Shown here one piece after another: positions 44,696 to 54,484 of a stretch of DNA of 64,000 bases (the stretch's first letter is position 1; the number at the start of each line of letters is the position of its first letter). This DNA is from an uncultured Spirochaetota bacterium. GTDB lineage: Bacteria; Spirochaetota; Spirochaetia; SZUA-6; Fen-1364. The notes under the pieces are model-generated. The model did no database searches and had not been told where the DNA came from. It was given only the letters and a program-made list of their open reading frames with translations. The position numbers were made by a program, and so were the translations under genes. Location: positions 800,001-864,000 of the forward strand of contig CAWJSK010000012.1 in assembly GCA_963845535.1 (NCBI GenBank). Direction: 5' to 3'.

Positions 44696-45109
44696 TCACC
44701 CTCGGCGTCTCTTTTGCGAGCCTCGGGCCATGGGCTTTGGTCGGCCCGCGGGGCTGTTCTGAGGCCGGCGCTTCTTTTCCGGAGCGGGGACCGCCCCTGA
44801 GGTCAACTCCTGCGCAGCGAGGTCAAGCACGGAGTTTTCGCTTCCGAGCTGGTTGGGAACGTATGCATCGGCCGCCCAGTCGTTATGCCATCCTCCGGAG
44901 TCGTCCCGGTAGCGGAACGTGTACGATTTCCCACCCTCGAGGGAAAGCGTCGCGCTCCAGGAGCCATCCGGGCCGCGCCTCATGGGGTTGGCTGTCTCGC
45001 TCCAACCGTTGAACTCTCCGCACAAGTGCAGCGTTTCCACTCCGGGCATGGGCGGCATCGAAAAGGTCACCTGGAATCTCTTTCCCCCCAACGGCTTTTT
45101 CTGGAGCAT
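44696..45109 (-). CDS. Stand-alone CBM48 / isoamylase early-set domain protein
   Basis: VTF..P, LCGEFNGW, W.ATL.L..GKSYTFRY, W.ND.AAD.Y.PN..G.ENSVL; GGAGG RBS. Confidence 0.88.
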   Translation of the reverse strand: MLQKKPLGGKRFQVTFSMPPMPGVETLHLCGEFNGWSETANPMRRGPDGSWSATLSLEGGKSYTFRYRDDSGGWHNDWAADAYVPNQLGSENSVLDLAAQELTSGAVPAPEKKRRPQNSPAGRPKPMARGSQKRRRG

Positions 45110-45236
45110 GCGGACCTCCTGGGCCGGAGACAGTATACGGCATGACAGGGAAAGGCGAAAGAGCGCTCTCGGGTGCCTCCGAGGCGCGGCCAGGCGAACC
45201 GAAGCTTCGGTGGTCAGCCGTACCGCGCGCTCGGGC

Positions 45237-45996
45237 TCACTTGGCGGTGGAAAGGATGTGGCGGTCCTCGCTCAAGACGTCCATCAGCGTCTTCGTGTCG
45301 TCCGGACCCGGGAAATTGATGAGGGACGCATACCGCGCCTGCGGCATCGTCTCCCGCAACGGGGCGGCAACCTCGTTGTGCCAGTTGTCCACGATGTAGA
45401 TGACCTTCTCCGGGGAGAGCTTGGCGATCTGCGCCGCCTCCAGGGGAGCAGGCCCGAAGACGCCCTTGATCGTGAACCCCAACTCCGCCATGAGAGGCTG
45501 CTGGAAGACATGCACGACGATAGGCGCGCCGTAGAGCCCGTCATCCCGAAGCTCCTGCTTCCAGGAGGAGAGGAACGACTCGAGGTCCGCGATTGCCGCT
45601 CGCGCCTGGTCCTGGGTCCCCAGGACGTCGGCGATGGCGAGGATGGAGGCCCGCATCGTTTCAAGGGAGTAGTCGGCATCGATCCGCAGGACGCGGATCC
45701 GCCTGCTCCCCGCCGCCTCTGCCAGGCGTTTCGCCATGACCTCGAAGCCCGTCGTGACGATGAGCCCGGCACCCTTGAGCAGGGCGACATCGGACGGCTT
45801 CAGCTCGTATTCGGCGGGATGGCGAAGAGCCGAAGGCGCCAGGGTAACGACGTCTTTCGCCCCCGCGGCCACGGCAAAGGCGGCAGTCCAGGTGTTGGTG
45901 GCCACGACCCGGATAGTCAGCCGGCCGCCCCTGGGCCTGTCCCACCACGACGGGAAACAGGAAAAAAGCAACCATCACGACAACACGAGCCTTCAT
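45237..45996 (-). pseudogene. Metal ABC substrate-binding protein; signal peptide is out of frame by 1 nt near 45928-45931 (possibly a sequencing error)
   Basis: ATG 45996 overlaps the permease stop and reads MKARVVVMVAFFLFPVVVGQAQG; body VVATNTW..HPAEYELKPSD is in the next frame; removing one G from GGGG joins them. Confidence 0.75.
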
Positions 45997-46811
45997 GATC
46001 TCCTCCGCGCGATCCGTCTGTAGACAAGGCCTGCGCCCAGGAGGCAGGCGGCAATGACCGTCACCGCTGAGCTTGCGGGAACGTCCAGGGCAAGAGACGA
46101 GAAAAAGCCGGCAATGCTGCAGAACGCGCCTACGGCGCACGCCTGGACAAAGAAGCCGCGGGCGCTGCGCGCGGTGAATGAAGCTACGATCGCCGGCAGG
46201 AGCAGGATTGAGTCAAGGAGCAGGGCCCCGATCAGCTTCATCAGCAGCGCCACGCTGACGCCGACGAAGAGCAGAATGGCCGTGCTGACCGCGGCCTCGT
46301 TCACGCCGGAGGCGAAAGCGATCTCCCGGTGGAAGAGCACCGCGCTGACACGGGGGAAAAGTGCCACCACAAAGACGGCGATTGCAAGCGCGTACGCCGC
46401 CGTGGCGGCGAGGTCCACCCGGGAAAGGGAGTAGACGCTTCCCCAGAGGATGCCGAAAGCGTCCTTCGAAGGGACACCGGCCTTGTAGATGACCGCGAAC
46501 GCCAGACCGATGGTGAGGACCATGAAGAACGTCGCCACGTAGCCGAGAGCCAGACCGGATTCCCGGGCAACGCGGGAAATGGCGGCAATTGCCGCAAGAT
46601 CAAGCACGAGGCCCGCAAAGAGCGGATCCACGTGGAGGGCGAGGCCGATGGCTGCTCCGAGGAGCGCCGCGTGCATCAGCGTGAAACGCAGGGTCACGAG
46701 GTTGAGCCGGAGGATGAACACTCCCGCCATCGGGAAAAAGCACCCCGCAATGACGAGCGCGAGGAACCCCCGCATGATGGGCGGGTAGGAGAATGCCTGC
46801 GCAATGTTCAC
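45993..46811 (-). CDS. Metal ABC transporter permease
   Basis: LMHAALLG.AIG, ILWGS, MKLIGALL...LLLPA; ZnuB-like. Confidence 0.9.
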   Translation of the reverse strand: MNIAQAFSYPPIMRGFLALVIAGCFFPMAGVFILRLNLVTLRFTLMHAALLGAAIGLALHVDPLFAGLVLDLAAIAAISRVARESGLALGYVATFFMVLTIGLAFAVIYKAGVPSKDAFGILWGSVYSLSRVDLAATAAYALAIAVFVVALFPRVSAVLFHREIAFASGVNEAAVSTAILLFVGVSVALLMKLIGALLLDSILLLPAIVASFTARSARGFFVQACAVGAFCSIAGFFSSLALDVPASSAVTVIAACLLGAGLVYRRIARRRS

Positions 46812-46820
46812 GGCGTCCGC

Positions 46821-47483
46821 TCAGGCAAAAGCGCCCGCCTCCATTCGCTCGATCCTCCACATCGTTTCGGCAAGGACTTGCGAGTCATGAGACACGAGGA
46901 CGACCGTCAGTCCGCGCGTCTCGTTCAGGTCACGAAGGATATCCATCACCTCCCGGCGGGAACCGGGGTCCAGGAAAGACGTTGGCTCGTCGAGCAGAAG
47001 GACCGTGGGGTCCTGGCAGAGACACCGTGCGATGGAGAGCTTCTGTTTCTCACCGCCGGAGAGCCGCGCATACATCCTGCCCTGCAGATGGGCGCAGCCC
47101 ACGGCCGTCATTGCCTCCTGGGCCCGCTTCCTCTTTTCCCGTTTTGAGATGGGCAGGGCGCAGCCGCCGATTTCAACCACTTCACGGCCGGAGAAAGGAA
47201 AGTCAACGGAGACCGCCTCCTGGTTCACGTAGCCAACCCTCCGCCTGCGGCGGGACCATTCCCGGGTCCCTACCGCGGCTCCCAGCACGCTCAATGAGCC
47301 TTTGCTCCACCGCTGCAGCCCCAGGATCACCTTGAGGAGCGTGGTTTTGCCTGCTCCGTTCGGACCGGCCACAATGACCCGCTCCCCGCAGCGCACGGTG
47401 AAGGAAAGATCTCGAAGGATAGGGTGGCCCTCGATGGCCACGCTGATGTCTTCCGCGGTAATGCACGCGTCGGGCAGCGCCAT
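46821..47483 (-). CDS. Metal ABC transporter ATP-binding protein
   Basis: GPNGAGKTT, LSGGEKQK, LLDEPT, VSHD; start taken at MALPD. Confidence 0.9.
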   Translation of the reverse strand: MALPDACITAEDISVAIEGHPILRDLSFTVRCGERVIVAGPNGAGKTTLLKVILGLQRWSKGSLSVLGAAVGTREWSRRRRRVGYVNQEAVSVDFPFSGREVVEIGGCALPISKREKRKRAQEAMTAVGCAHLQGRMYARLSGGEKQKLSIARCLCQDPTVLLLDEPTSFLDPGSRREVMDILRDLNETRGLTVVLVSHDSQVLAETMWRIERMEAGAFA

Positions 47484-47639
47484 GATCCATGAGAGATACA
47501 TGGCACGGGCGGGAAAGTCAACCGAGCGGCCCTTCAATGCGACCCCCTGAGAGCCGAACGTCCCCAAGCGGCGGCAGGAACTGGACCTCGATTTGCCTGC
47601 GCTTTGAAGAGCGCATAGATTTTGGGTAAGAGGTAGCCG

Positions 47640-48602
47640 TTGAAAGCAATCGTCGTGCGGGAGTTCGGTGACCCCGATGTCATGAAGCTCGAGGAGACGC
47701 CCACACCGTCCCCCGGACCGGGTCAGATCCTCGTCCGTATCAAAGCCGCCGGGGTGAACCCCGCGGACACGTGCGCCAGGAGCGGCGGCGGTGCCGCAAA
47801 ACCCCCGCTCCCCTACACCCCGGGGACAGACGGCGCGGGAGTCGTGGAAGCGATTGGGCCCGAGGTCACTGGCATGAAACCTGGCGGGCGCGTGTACGTG
47901 GCCCGGTCCTTGAGCGGAACTTACGCGGAATACGCTCTTGCGCTCCTGTCCCAGGTGCAACCCCTTCCGGAGCAGATCTCCTTTTCCCAGGGGGCAGGGG
48001 TGTTCGTGCCGTACGCCACCGCCTGGCGCGCCCTTACGCATTTTGCGCGGGCGCGGCCCGGGGAGACGCTTCTTGTCCACGGGGCAAGCGGCGGCGTCGG
48101 GATCGCGGCCGTCCAAACGGCGCGGGCCATGGGGATGACAGTCATCGGCACGGCCGGCACCGACAAGGGACGCGATCTCGCGCTGCGTGAGGGCGCGCAC
48201 CACGTCCTCGACCATCGGGTGAAAGGCTATCAGGACGAGATCATTCGCCTCACGGCCGGCCGGGGCGTGGACGTGGTTCTGGAGATGCTCTCCAACGTGA
48301 ACCTGGGCGCTGACTTGAAGCTCCTGGCGCCTCGAGGGCGCGTGGTGGTGATCGGAAGCCGGGGTGAAGTGATGGTGAACCCGCGCGAGCTCATGGCCAG
48401 GGACGCGACGATCTATGGGATGATGCTCTGGAACATTTCCGATGAGGATGCCGTCAGCACGCACGCGGCCATCGCCGCCGGCCTTGAGAACGGCGCGCTG
48501 CGCCCCATTGTCGGCCTCGAGCTGAAGCTGGCAGAGGCCGCAAGCGCGCATCGGAAGATCATGGAGCCGGGCGCTTTCGGAAAGATCGTGCTTCTGCCGT
48601 AG
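47640..48602 (+). CDS. NADPH:quinone reductase (zeta-crystallin family)
   Basis: AAGVNP.D, PYTPG.D.AG, PYATAWRAL, VHGASGGVG. Confidence 0.92.
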   Translation: MKAIVVREFGDPDVMKLEETPTPSPGPGQILVRIKAAGVNPADTCARSGGGAAKPPLPYTPGTDGAGVVEAIGPEVTGMKPGGRVYVARSLSGTYAEYALALLSQVQPLPEQISFSQGAGVFVPYATAWRALTHFARARPGETLLVHGASGGVGIAAVQTARAMGMTVIGTAGTDKGRDLALREGAHHVLDHRVKGYQDEIIRLTAGRGVDVVLEMLSNVNLGADLKLLAPRGRVVVIGSRGEVMVNPRELMARDATIYGMMLWNISDEDAVSTHAAIAAGLENGALRPIVGLELKLAEAASAHRKIMEPGAFGKIVLLP

Positions 48603-49611
48603 TGCGGCTGGGCTTCAGGCCGCGCGCCCGGTGCGCCGCGCCTCCCGCCCCCCCATACGCTCGGCGCGGCTCGACATCTCTGTCTCGGAGGTCTTTCTCC
48701 CAGAACAGAACGCCCGGCAGGGGGTTCTTGTAGTACGGAGGTATCTGCTCGAACCCCATGGACCGATAGAGGGTGACGGCGCCTTCGAGCCTCTGGAGGG
48801 TATCCAGCCGCATGGCCTTGTAGCCCAGCGCCCGCGCTTCCTCGATGACGCGCTCGGCAAGAAGGCGCCCTATGCCGAGGCCCCGGCATTGCGGCCTGAC
48901 GAAAAGGCGCTTCATCTCGCAGATCCCTGGTGAGAGCTTTCGCAGGGCAACGCATCCCGCGGGCTGGCTCTTGCCCTTGGCCGGCACATGGGCCACAAAG
49001 AGCGCTCCGGAAGGCGGGGCGTACTTGCCCGGCAATTCCGCAAGCTCCTGCTCGAATCCCTGGAACGAAAGGTCTTCCCCCAGGAAGTCGGCGTATTCTC
49101 GTATGAGCGTTCGGGCCGCGGCAACGTCGGCCGGGCTTTCCGCGCGTTCCGCCCGGGGCCGGCCTGCCGCCTGCTTTTCAAGCAGCTTCTGCGCCTCCCT
49201 GATGTGCGTCACGAGGGCGCCCGCTTCCTGCTCATTCATCCCCCGCAGCATGTCTTCGACCTCGGCATCCGAGTCCGCGTTGATCTTGGCAAACATGGCG
49301 CGTCCGGACTTGCTCAAGCTGAGGACCGAGACTCGGCCGTCATGCTCGTCCTGGCGGATCGAAATGAGTCCGCGCGCCTCGAGGCGCTTGACCACCCGGT
49401 TCAGGTATCCCATGTCCACGGTGAGGTCCCGTCCAAGCGCGCTCTGGGTATGCTCCCCGGCAAGGCCGATCTCGAAGATCACGCGGGCCTCGGTCAGCGT
49501 CAGGTCCGTATCGAAGCGGTAGCGGCCAAGGAGACCAAGGCGATTGGTATAGTAGCGGTTGAAGCGGCGCAATTGCTGGACCGCGCTTCCCCGTCCCGTT
49601 GCTGCGTTCAT
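48559..49611 (-). CDS. MarR-type HTH fused to GNAT acetyltransferase
   Basis: LRRFNRYYT..LG, LTEARVIFEI, DGRV..LSL; GNAT DLSFQGFEQELA.LPGKY, CEMKRLFV, MRLDT. Confidence 0.92.
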   Translation of the reverse strand: MNAATGRGSAVQQLRRFNRYYTNRLGLLGRYRFDTDLTLTEARVIFEIGLAGEHTQSALGRDLTVDMGYLNRVVKRLEARGLISIRQDEHDGRVSVLSLSKSGRAMFAKINADSDAEVEDMLRGMNEQEAGALVTHIREAQKLLEKQAAGRPRAERAESPADVAAARTLIREYADFLGEDLSFQGFEQELAELPGKYAPPSGALFVAHVPAKGKSQPAGCVALRKLSPGICEMKRLFVRPQCRGLGIGRLLAERVIEEARALGYKAMRLDTLQRLEGAVTLYRSMGFEQIPPYYKNPLPGVLFWEKDLRDRDVEPRRAYGGAGGAAHRARGLKPSRTTAEARSFRKRPAP

Positions 49612-49630
49612 GAAGGAAATGTGCCCAAAA

Positions 49631-49649
49631 TACTTGCCTTAGTCAAGCA
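49631..49649. promoter_or_regulatory. Imperfect palindrome TACTTGCCTTAGTCAAGCA upstream of marR-GNAT (possible autoregulatory operator)
   Basis: CTTG..CAAG dyad about 20-40 nt upstream of ATG 49611, overlapping a minus-strand TTGACT. Confidence 0.5.
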
Positions 49650-49664
49650 ATAACGTGCCCCTCT

Positions 49665-50486
49665 CTACCCTTTCACAGCGCCCGCGGCGATCCCCCTGAT
49701 GATGAACTTCTGCAGGGCAAGATAAAGGACGATGATGGGAGCCGCGGAAAGTATCAAGCTGGCTGCTGCCGGGCCGTATTCCCGCAGGAACATCCCGTAG
49801 AAGTGCATCTGCTCCAACTGGAGGGTCCCTTTCTTCACGACCACCAGGGGCAACAGGAAGTCATTCCACAGCCAGAGCGCGTCGAGGATGAGGATGGTGG
49901 CGGTGATGGGCCGAAGCAAAGGGAAGACGACGCGGAAGAAGACGAAAACCTGCCCTCCGCCGTCAATGGCGGCGGCCTCCTCCAGCTCGCGGGGAACGCC
50001 CTTCACGAACCCATGGTACATGAACACAGCCAGCGGGCAGCCCAACCCCCAGTACATCGGGATGATCCCCCAGATCGTGGAGAGCTTGAGGTCGGTGGCA
50101 AGGGATACGATGGGGACCATCACGATCTGGAACGGGATGACAAGAGCGAAGGCGAAAAGCAGGTACAGGAGCCAGGAGAGGCGGTTGACGGTCCGGGCGA
50201 GCTTCCAGGCGGCCATGGAGCTGACGAGGAGAATCCCCGCGACTCCGAAGACCGTGATGATGGCCGTGTTGAGGAGCGTGGAGGCGAAGTGCATCTCGGT
50301 CCAGGCCTTGGAGAAGTTGGCGAGCGTCACCGAGCTGGGCAGGCTGATCGGATGAAGCTTGATCTCCGCCTCCGGCTTTATGGCGTTGTTGAGAACGAAA
50401 AGGGCCGGGTAGATGTAGATGATCGCGAGCAGGATCATGAGGACCTCGAAGACCCAGCGCAGGCGGGAACGGCCGGTCACCATCAC
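49665..50486 (-). CDS. Carbohydrate ABC transporter permease (MalG-like)
   Basis: VPRELEEAAAIDG EAA motif, WNDFLLPL, QKFIIRGI..GAVKG. Confidence 0.95.
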   Translation of the reverse strand: MMVTGRSRLRWVFEVLMILLAIIYIYPALFVLNNAIKPEAEIKLHPISLPSSVTLANFSKAWTEMHFASTLLNTAIITVFGVAGILLVSSMAAWKLARTVNRLSWLLYLLFAFALVIPFQIVMVPIVSLATDLKLSTIWGIIPMYWGLGCPLAVFMYHGFVKGVPRELEEAAAIDGGGQVFVFFRVVFPLLRPITATILILDALWLWNDFLLPLVVVKKGTLQLEQMHFYGMFLREYGPAAASLILSAAPIIVLYLALQKFIIRGIAAGAVKG

Positions 50487-52006
50487 ATCTGCACCTCCCT
50501 TCGTTTCGTGATCGAAAGCTGCGCCCCGGTAATCATCGCTATCGCAATGAACAGCAGGATGGCCTTCGCCGTGGCCAGGCCGGCGAGCTTTTTGGCAAAC
50601 GCGTCGAAGAAGATGTCCATCACGAACGGGACCGTCCCCAAGGCATAGCCCGACGGTCCAACCATCGCGTACATCAAGTCGAAGCTCTTCAGGGAATTGG
50701 AGATGCTCAGGAACAGGCAGATGGTGAAGGCCGGCACGAGGAGCGGCAGCGTGATGTGGCGCAGCCTTCCGGCAAAGCCTGTCCCGTCGATGCTCGCCGC
50801 CTCCAGCACGTCGGCCGGGATGTTGGAAAGGCCCGCAAGATAGATGACCATCAGGTAGCCCGCCTGCTGCCAGACCTGGACCATGACGATGAGCCAGGGG
50901 GATTTGTCAGGGTCCCCCATCCATTTGTCTATTCCGGTCAGGGCCGGAAGCAGGTTGTAGAAAACGAAAGACCAGACGAGGGCCACGACGATCATGGAGA
51001 GCACATTCGGAAGGAAAAACACGGAGCGGAGGAACTTCTGGCTTTTGATGCCGGTGTCCAGGGCAAGGGCAAGGAGGAATCCCAGCAGGTTGCTGAAGAG
51101 GACGTTGAATATCGTGAAGAAGATCGTGAATCCAATCACGCCCATCTCGAAGCGCTTCTGGACCCACGTCTCGGCCAGGAGCTTTTTCAAGGACCCCAGC
51201 CGGAAGATCTGTTGGGCCGCGTCCCTCACTTCGGCCGCCGCCGCGGCGGAGAGAGGGCTCGAGCTCACAAAGGCGTTGACGGCGGAATCAAGCCCTGCCT
51301 GGTCCCCTTTCAGTCCCGCAGTCTTCACCGCGGAGAGAAGGTCATCGACTTTTTGCGACGCGATGGTCTTCAGCTTGTCCACTTCGGGAAGCAGCCAGAC
51401 CCTGTCCTCCAGCGTGAACTCGTCGAACTTCGGCCTCAACCGGTAGGCGTCGTTCTGGAGCGCATAAAACCTGAGGGCAAGGTCCCGGTCCTGCGCATTC
51501 GAGAGCCGCGCCAGGAAGCCCTTCTCAAAATCTCCCCGGGGTATGGTCTGCGGCAGGTCCGAGTCCGCGTTGTAGTTGACTTGCGTCATGACGTGCGGAT
51601 AGAACCGCTCCTCCACCCCGCCGGTAAAGATACGCACGTAGTTCGCAAAGCCTACGGTACGGTAGCCTTCCGGCTGGTAGCCGGCAATCCTCAAGAGGCG
51701 CTGAAGCCGGTAGCGGATCAGGCCCGTTGCCGCGTATCTTTTGTATTGGTTGTCCGCTTGATCAAAGTGGTAGACGGAAAGGAGAAACGTTCGGTCCGCC
51801 GGACGCGGCAACCGGTCCAGGATCTTGGATTCGAAATCCTCTTTCGCCAGGACGATGGGTATGCGGGGAGTCAGCCCGTCCCAGTTGGTGAAGGAGATGC
51901 GGATGCCCTGGGCAAAAGGGTAGAGGAAGAACAGCCCGTACAGGGCGAGCGCCGGCAGCACGAACAGCGCAAAGAAAGAAACGCTCTTCCATCGGGGCTG
52001 GACCAT
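50483..52006 (-). CDS. Carbohydrate ABC transporter permease (MalF-like) with large extracytoplasmic insertions
   Basis: SFTNWDG, VGFANY, RSVFFLP, YLAGL..IP..VLEAASIDG; 507 aa versus about 300 typical. Confidence 0.92.
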   Translation of the reverse strand: MVQPRWKSVSFFALFVLPALALYGLFFLYPFAQGIRISFTNWDGLTPRIPIVLAKEDFESKILDRLPRPADRTFLLSVYHFDQADNQYKRYAATGLIRYRLQRLLRIAGYQPEGYRTVGFANYVRIFTGGVEERFYPHVMTQVNYNADSDLPQTIPRGDFEKGFLARLSNAQDRDLALRFYALQNDAYRLRPKFDEFTLEDRVWLLPEVDKLKTIASQKVDDLLSAVKTAGLKGDQAGLDSAVNAFVSSSPLSAAAAAEVRDAAQQIFRLGSLKKLLAETWVQKRFEMGVIGFTIFFTIFNVLFSNLLGFLLALALDTGIKSQKFLRSVFFLPNVLSMIVVALVWSFVFYNLLPALTGIDKWMGDPDKSPWLIVMVQVWQQAGYLMVIYLAGLSNIPADVLEAASIDGTGFAGRLRHITLPLLVPAFTICLFLSISNSLKSFDLMYAMVGPSGYALGTVPFVMDIFFDAFAKKLAGLATAKAILLFIAIAMITGAQLSITKRREVQM

Positions 52007-52023
52007 ATGGGCCCTCCAAGGAG

Positions 52024-52047
52024 CCGGGGAGGCCTTGGCCTCCCCGG
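52024..52047. other. Perfect 11-bp stem-loop between the SBP and permease genes
   Basis: CCGGGGAGGCC-TT-GGCCTCCCCGG. Confidence 0.7.
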
Positions 52048-52084
52048 TCAGGATGCGCGCGAATGGTTGCGCGGAACGCGAAAG

Positions 52085-53318
52085 CTACTGCTTGCGCGCC
52101 TCCCGCCAGATCCTGTCGATGTCAGCAATCACGTCGTCAGCGGTCTTCTTCTTGAACACGTAGCCCTGCGCGCCGTTCTTGGCTCCGTCTTCGAAGGCCG
52201 CGGTGGGGTACATGGAGAACGCCCACGGATACGCCCCGTTCTTTGCCACGGTGTTCATCAGCTCGACGAACGGAGCCTGGAGGGCCGACATGTCGGCGCC
52301 TTTGAAGTCCGAGGTGAGCTTGCAGTCCTTCGTCCAGATCTTGATGGCCTGCGGTGTCGACAACCAGGCCAGGAACTTCTTCGCCGCCGCCTGCTTCTCC
52401 GGGGCAGCCTGCGAGGAGATGCCGAACGTGGAGTCGACGTCCGCGTAGAACTTGTTCATCCCCGCGTCGTTGAAGACGGGGAACGGAACGAAGCCGCAGT
52501 TCAGGGACGGATTGGTGCCAATGGCCGCGCCATACGACCAGAGCCCCTGGACCATCATGGCCGACTTGCCACCGGCGAACGCCGCTTGCTGCTCGTTCCA
52601 ATCCATCTCTTCCGCGTTGTCATCCATGTTGGCGCGATAGAAATCGATGATGGAGAAGAGCTTTCCGGTATCAACCACGCCGTAGCTTGTTTTTCCAGCG
52701 TCCATGTCCGAGATGAACTTTGCAACCGGGATACTTCTTCTCCGCAAGCAGGCTCGTATGGACCATGGTGATGAAGTGCCCGATGGACCAGTTCTCTTTC
52801 AGCAGTCCGGCAAACGGCGTGACGCCGTTGTCCTTGAGCGTCTTGACGACGCGCTCGAGCTCCCGGAACGTCGTCGGCGCCTTCAGGTTGTATTTCGCGA
52901 AGATGTCCTTGTTGTAGATGATGCCGATGCCGGCAAAGTCCATGGGGAGCGCCCACTCCTTGCCGTTCCAGGTCACCGCGGCCTTGGCGGACGGAATCAC
53001 CTTGGCAAGGACCGGCTCCTTCGTGAGGTCCACCAGGTAGCCCTTCTGGGCGTATTCGAACACGCGGGAATACGACTGCATCTGGAGGATCTCCGAAAGG
53101 CTCCCGGAGGCGGCGCGGGCGGCCATGGTGGCATCCGCGTCATTCGGGATGATGAGCAGGCTGATGGTGATGCTGGGGTTCTCCTGGGTGAATGCGTCGG
53201 TGAGCGTCTTCAGCCCGGCCTGGATTTCCTGTTTGTAATAGTACATTTCCAGCTTCTGGGCTGAAACCGATCCGACCACCGTGAGGGCCAGGATCACGAA
53301 CACGAGAAACTTCTTCAT
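52085..53318 (-). pseudogene. Sugar ABC substrate-binding protein split by a 1-nt insertion near 52733-52740 (possibly a sequencing error)
   Basis: N-half (signal peptide, GIIYNKDIF, PTTF.EL) ends TSLLAEKK; C-half IPVAKF..AFAGGKSAMMVQGLW..P continues in the next frame. Confidence 0.85.
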
Positions 53319-53384
53319 GCGGTACCTCCTTGGGTTTGGGCGAGCTTCAGGGCTTGCGTTCGGGCTCGGTTTGATGTAACATTA

Positions 53385-53430
53385 CGCAACCGGTTGCGGA
53401 GAATTATACAGGTTTTCTGACGGCTGTCAA
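53385..53430 (-). promoter_or_regulatory. Promoter TTGACA-N16-TATAAT for the sugar ABC operon, with LacI-type operator CGCAACCGGTTGCG
   Basis: -35 at 53425-53430 and -10 at 53403-53408 on the minus strand; perfect 14-bp palindrome 53385-53398 with central CG typical of LacI operators. Confidence 0.82.
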
Positions 53431-54477
53431 GTGAAGAAACGAGTCACCATTTACGACATCGCGCGCCTGGCCAAGGTCACCACGGCCACCGTTTCCCGCG
53501 TCCTCAACGGGAAGCCCGGCATTTCCGCGGAGACGCGGGAACGGGTCACCGCGGTCATGCGCCGCACGCGCTACTTCCCCTCTCCCGCGGCCTCCAGCCT
53601 CAGGTCAAAGGCCACGCGGGAGATCGGAATCCTGTCCCCTTTCTTCATCGGGGACTTCTTCCTGAAGATCTTCGAGAGCCTGCACCGCCGTCTCAAGGAC
53701 TACGACCTCATCCTGTACAACGCGCAGACCCCGGCTCACCGCCGGGAGGTGATCTCCCGCATCGTCGCGGAGGAGAAGCTCTGCGCCTTGATCGTGGCCA
53801 GCACGCCCATCCTCCTGGAGGAAGAGATCCTCGTCTCCGCCCTTCGCATCCCCATCATCCTCCTGGAAGCCCGGCATCATTCCTACAGCTCGGTGGACTA
53901 TGACCATGAGATCGGGGCGTTCAAGGCTGTCAGCCACCTCGTGGAGCTGGGGCACCGGGACATCGCCATCATCGGCGGGACAGAGACGCGGTTGTACTCC
54001 CCCATCGGGAAGGAGAGGCTCAAGGGCTACCGCATGGCACTGGACATGGCGGGCATTCCGGTGAGGGAGCAGTACATCATGAACGGGGAATGGCCGGAAT
54101 GGACCAGCGCGGAAGCCAAGTCGTGCGCAATGCAATTGCTGTCAGGGAACAGGACGCCCACGGCCATCTTCGCCACCTCGGACGTGCAGGCCGCGGGGGT
54201 CCTCATGGCGGCCCGAGAGCTGGGAGCAAGGGTCCCGAATGACCTTTCCGTCGTGGGCTACGACAATCTCCCGCTGGCCGAATACCTGTCCCTCACCACG
54301 ATGTGGCAGCATCACGACCTCCTTGCCCGAAACGCCGCCACGCTGCTCCTGGAAGAGCTTCGCACGGGCGTGAGAACGGGAGAGCGGGTCGTCCTCCAGC
54401 CGGAGCTTGTCGTGCGCTCCTCCACTGCCGCGCCCAAGGCCCGCGCGCTGGCGGGCGCGCGCACGGCGGGCAGATGA
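53431..54477 (+). CDS. LacI family transcriptional regulator
   Basis: TIYDIARLAKVTTATVSRVLN, LGHRDIA, VPNDLSVVGYD, LVVRSST. Confidence 0.96.
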   Translation: MKKRVTIYDIARLAKVTTATVSRVLNGKPGISAETRERVTAVMRRTRYFPSPAASSLRSKATREIGILSPFFIGDFFLKIFESLHRRLKDYDLILYNAQTPAHRREVISRIVAEEKLCALIVASTPILLEEEILVSALRIPIILLEARHHSYSSVDYDHEIGAFKAVSHLVELGHRDIAIIGGTETRLYSPIGKERLKGYRMALDMAGIPVREQYIMNGEWPEWTSAEAKSCAMQLLSGNRTPTAIFATSDVQAAGVLMAARELGARVPNDLSVVGYDNLPLAEYLSLTTMWQHHDLLARNAATLLLEELRTGVRTGERVVLQPELVVRSSTAAPKARALAGARTAGR

Positions 54478-54484
54478 GCCAACC

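Noticed and set aside
48559..48690. C-terminal extension of MarR-GNAT overlapping the convergent gene
   Set aside because: Low-complexity tail with no motif; likely stop-codon drift or a homopolymer indel in the C-run, not a functional domain.
53521..53536. ATTTCCGCGGAGACG in lacI, similar to the HNH internal palindrome
   Set aside because: Imperfect, and explained by the ordinary LacI ISAET protein motif.
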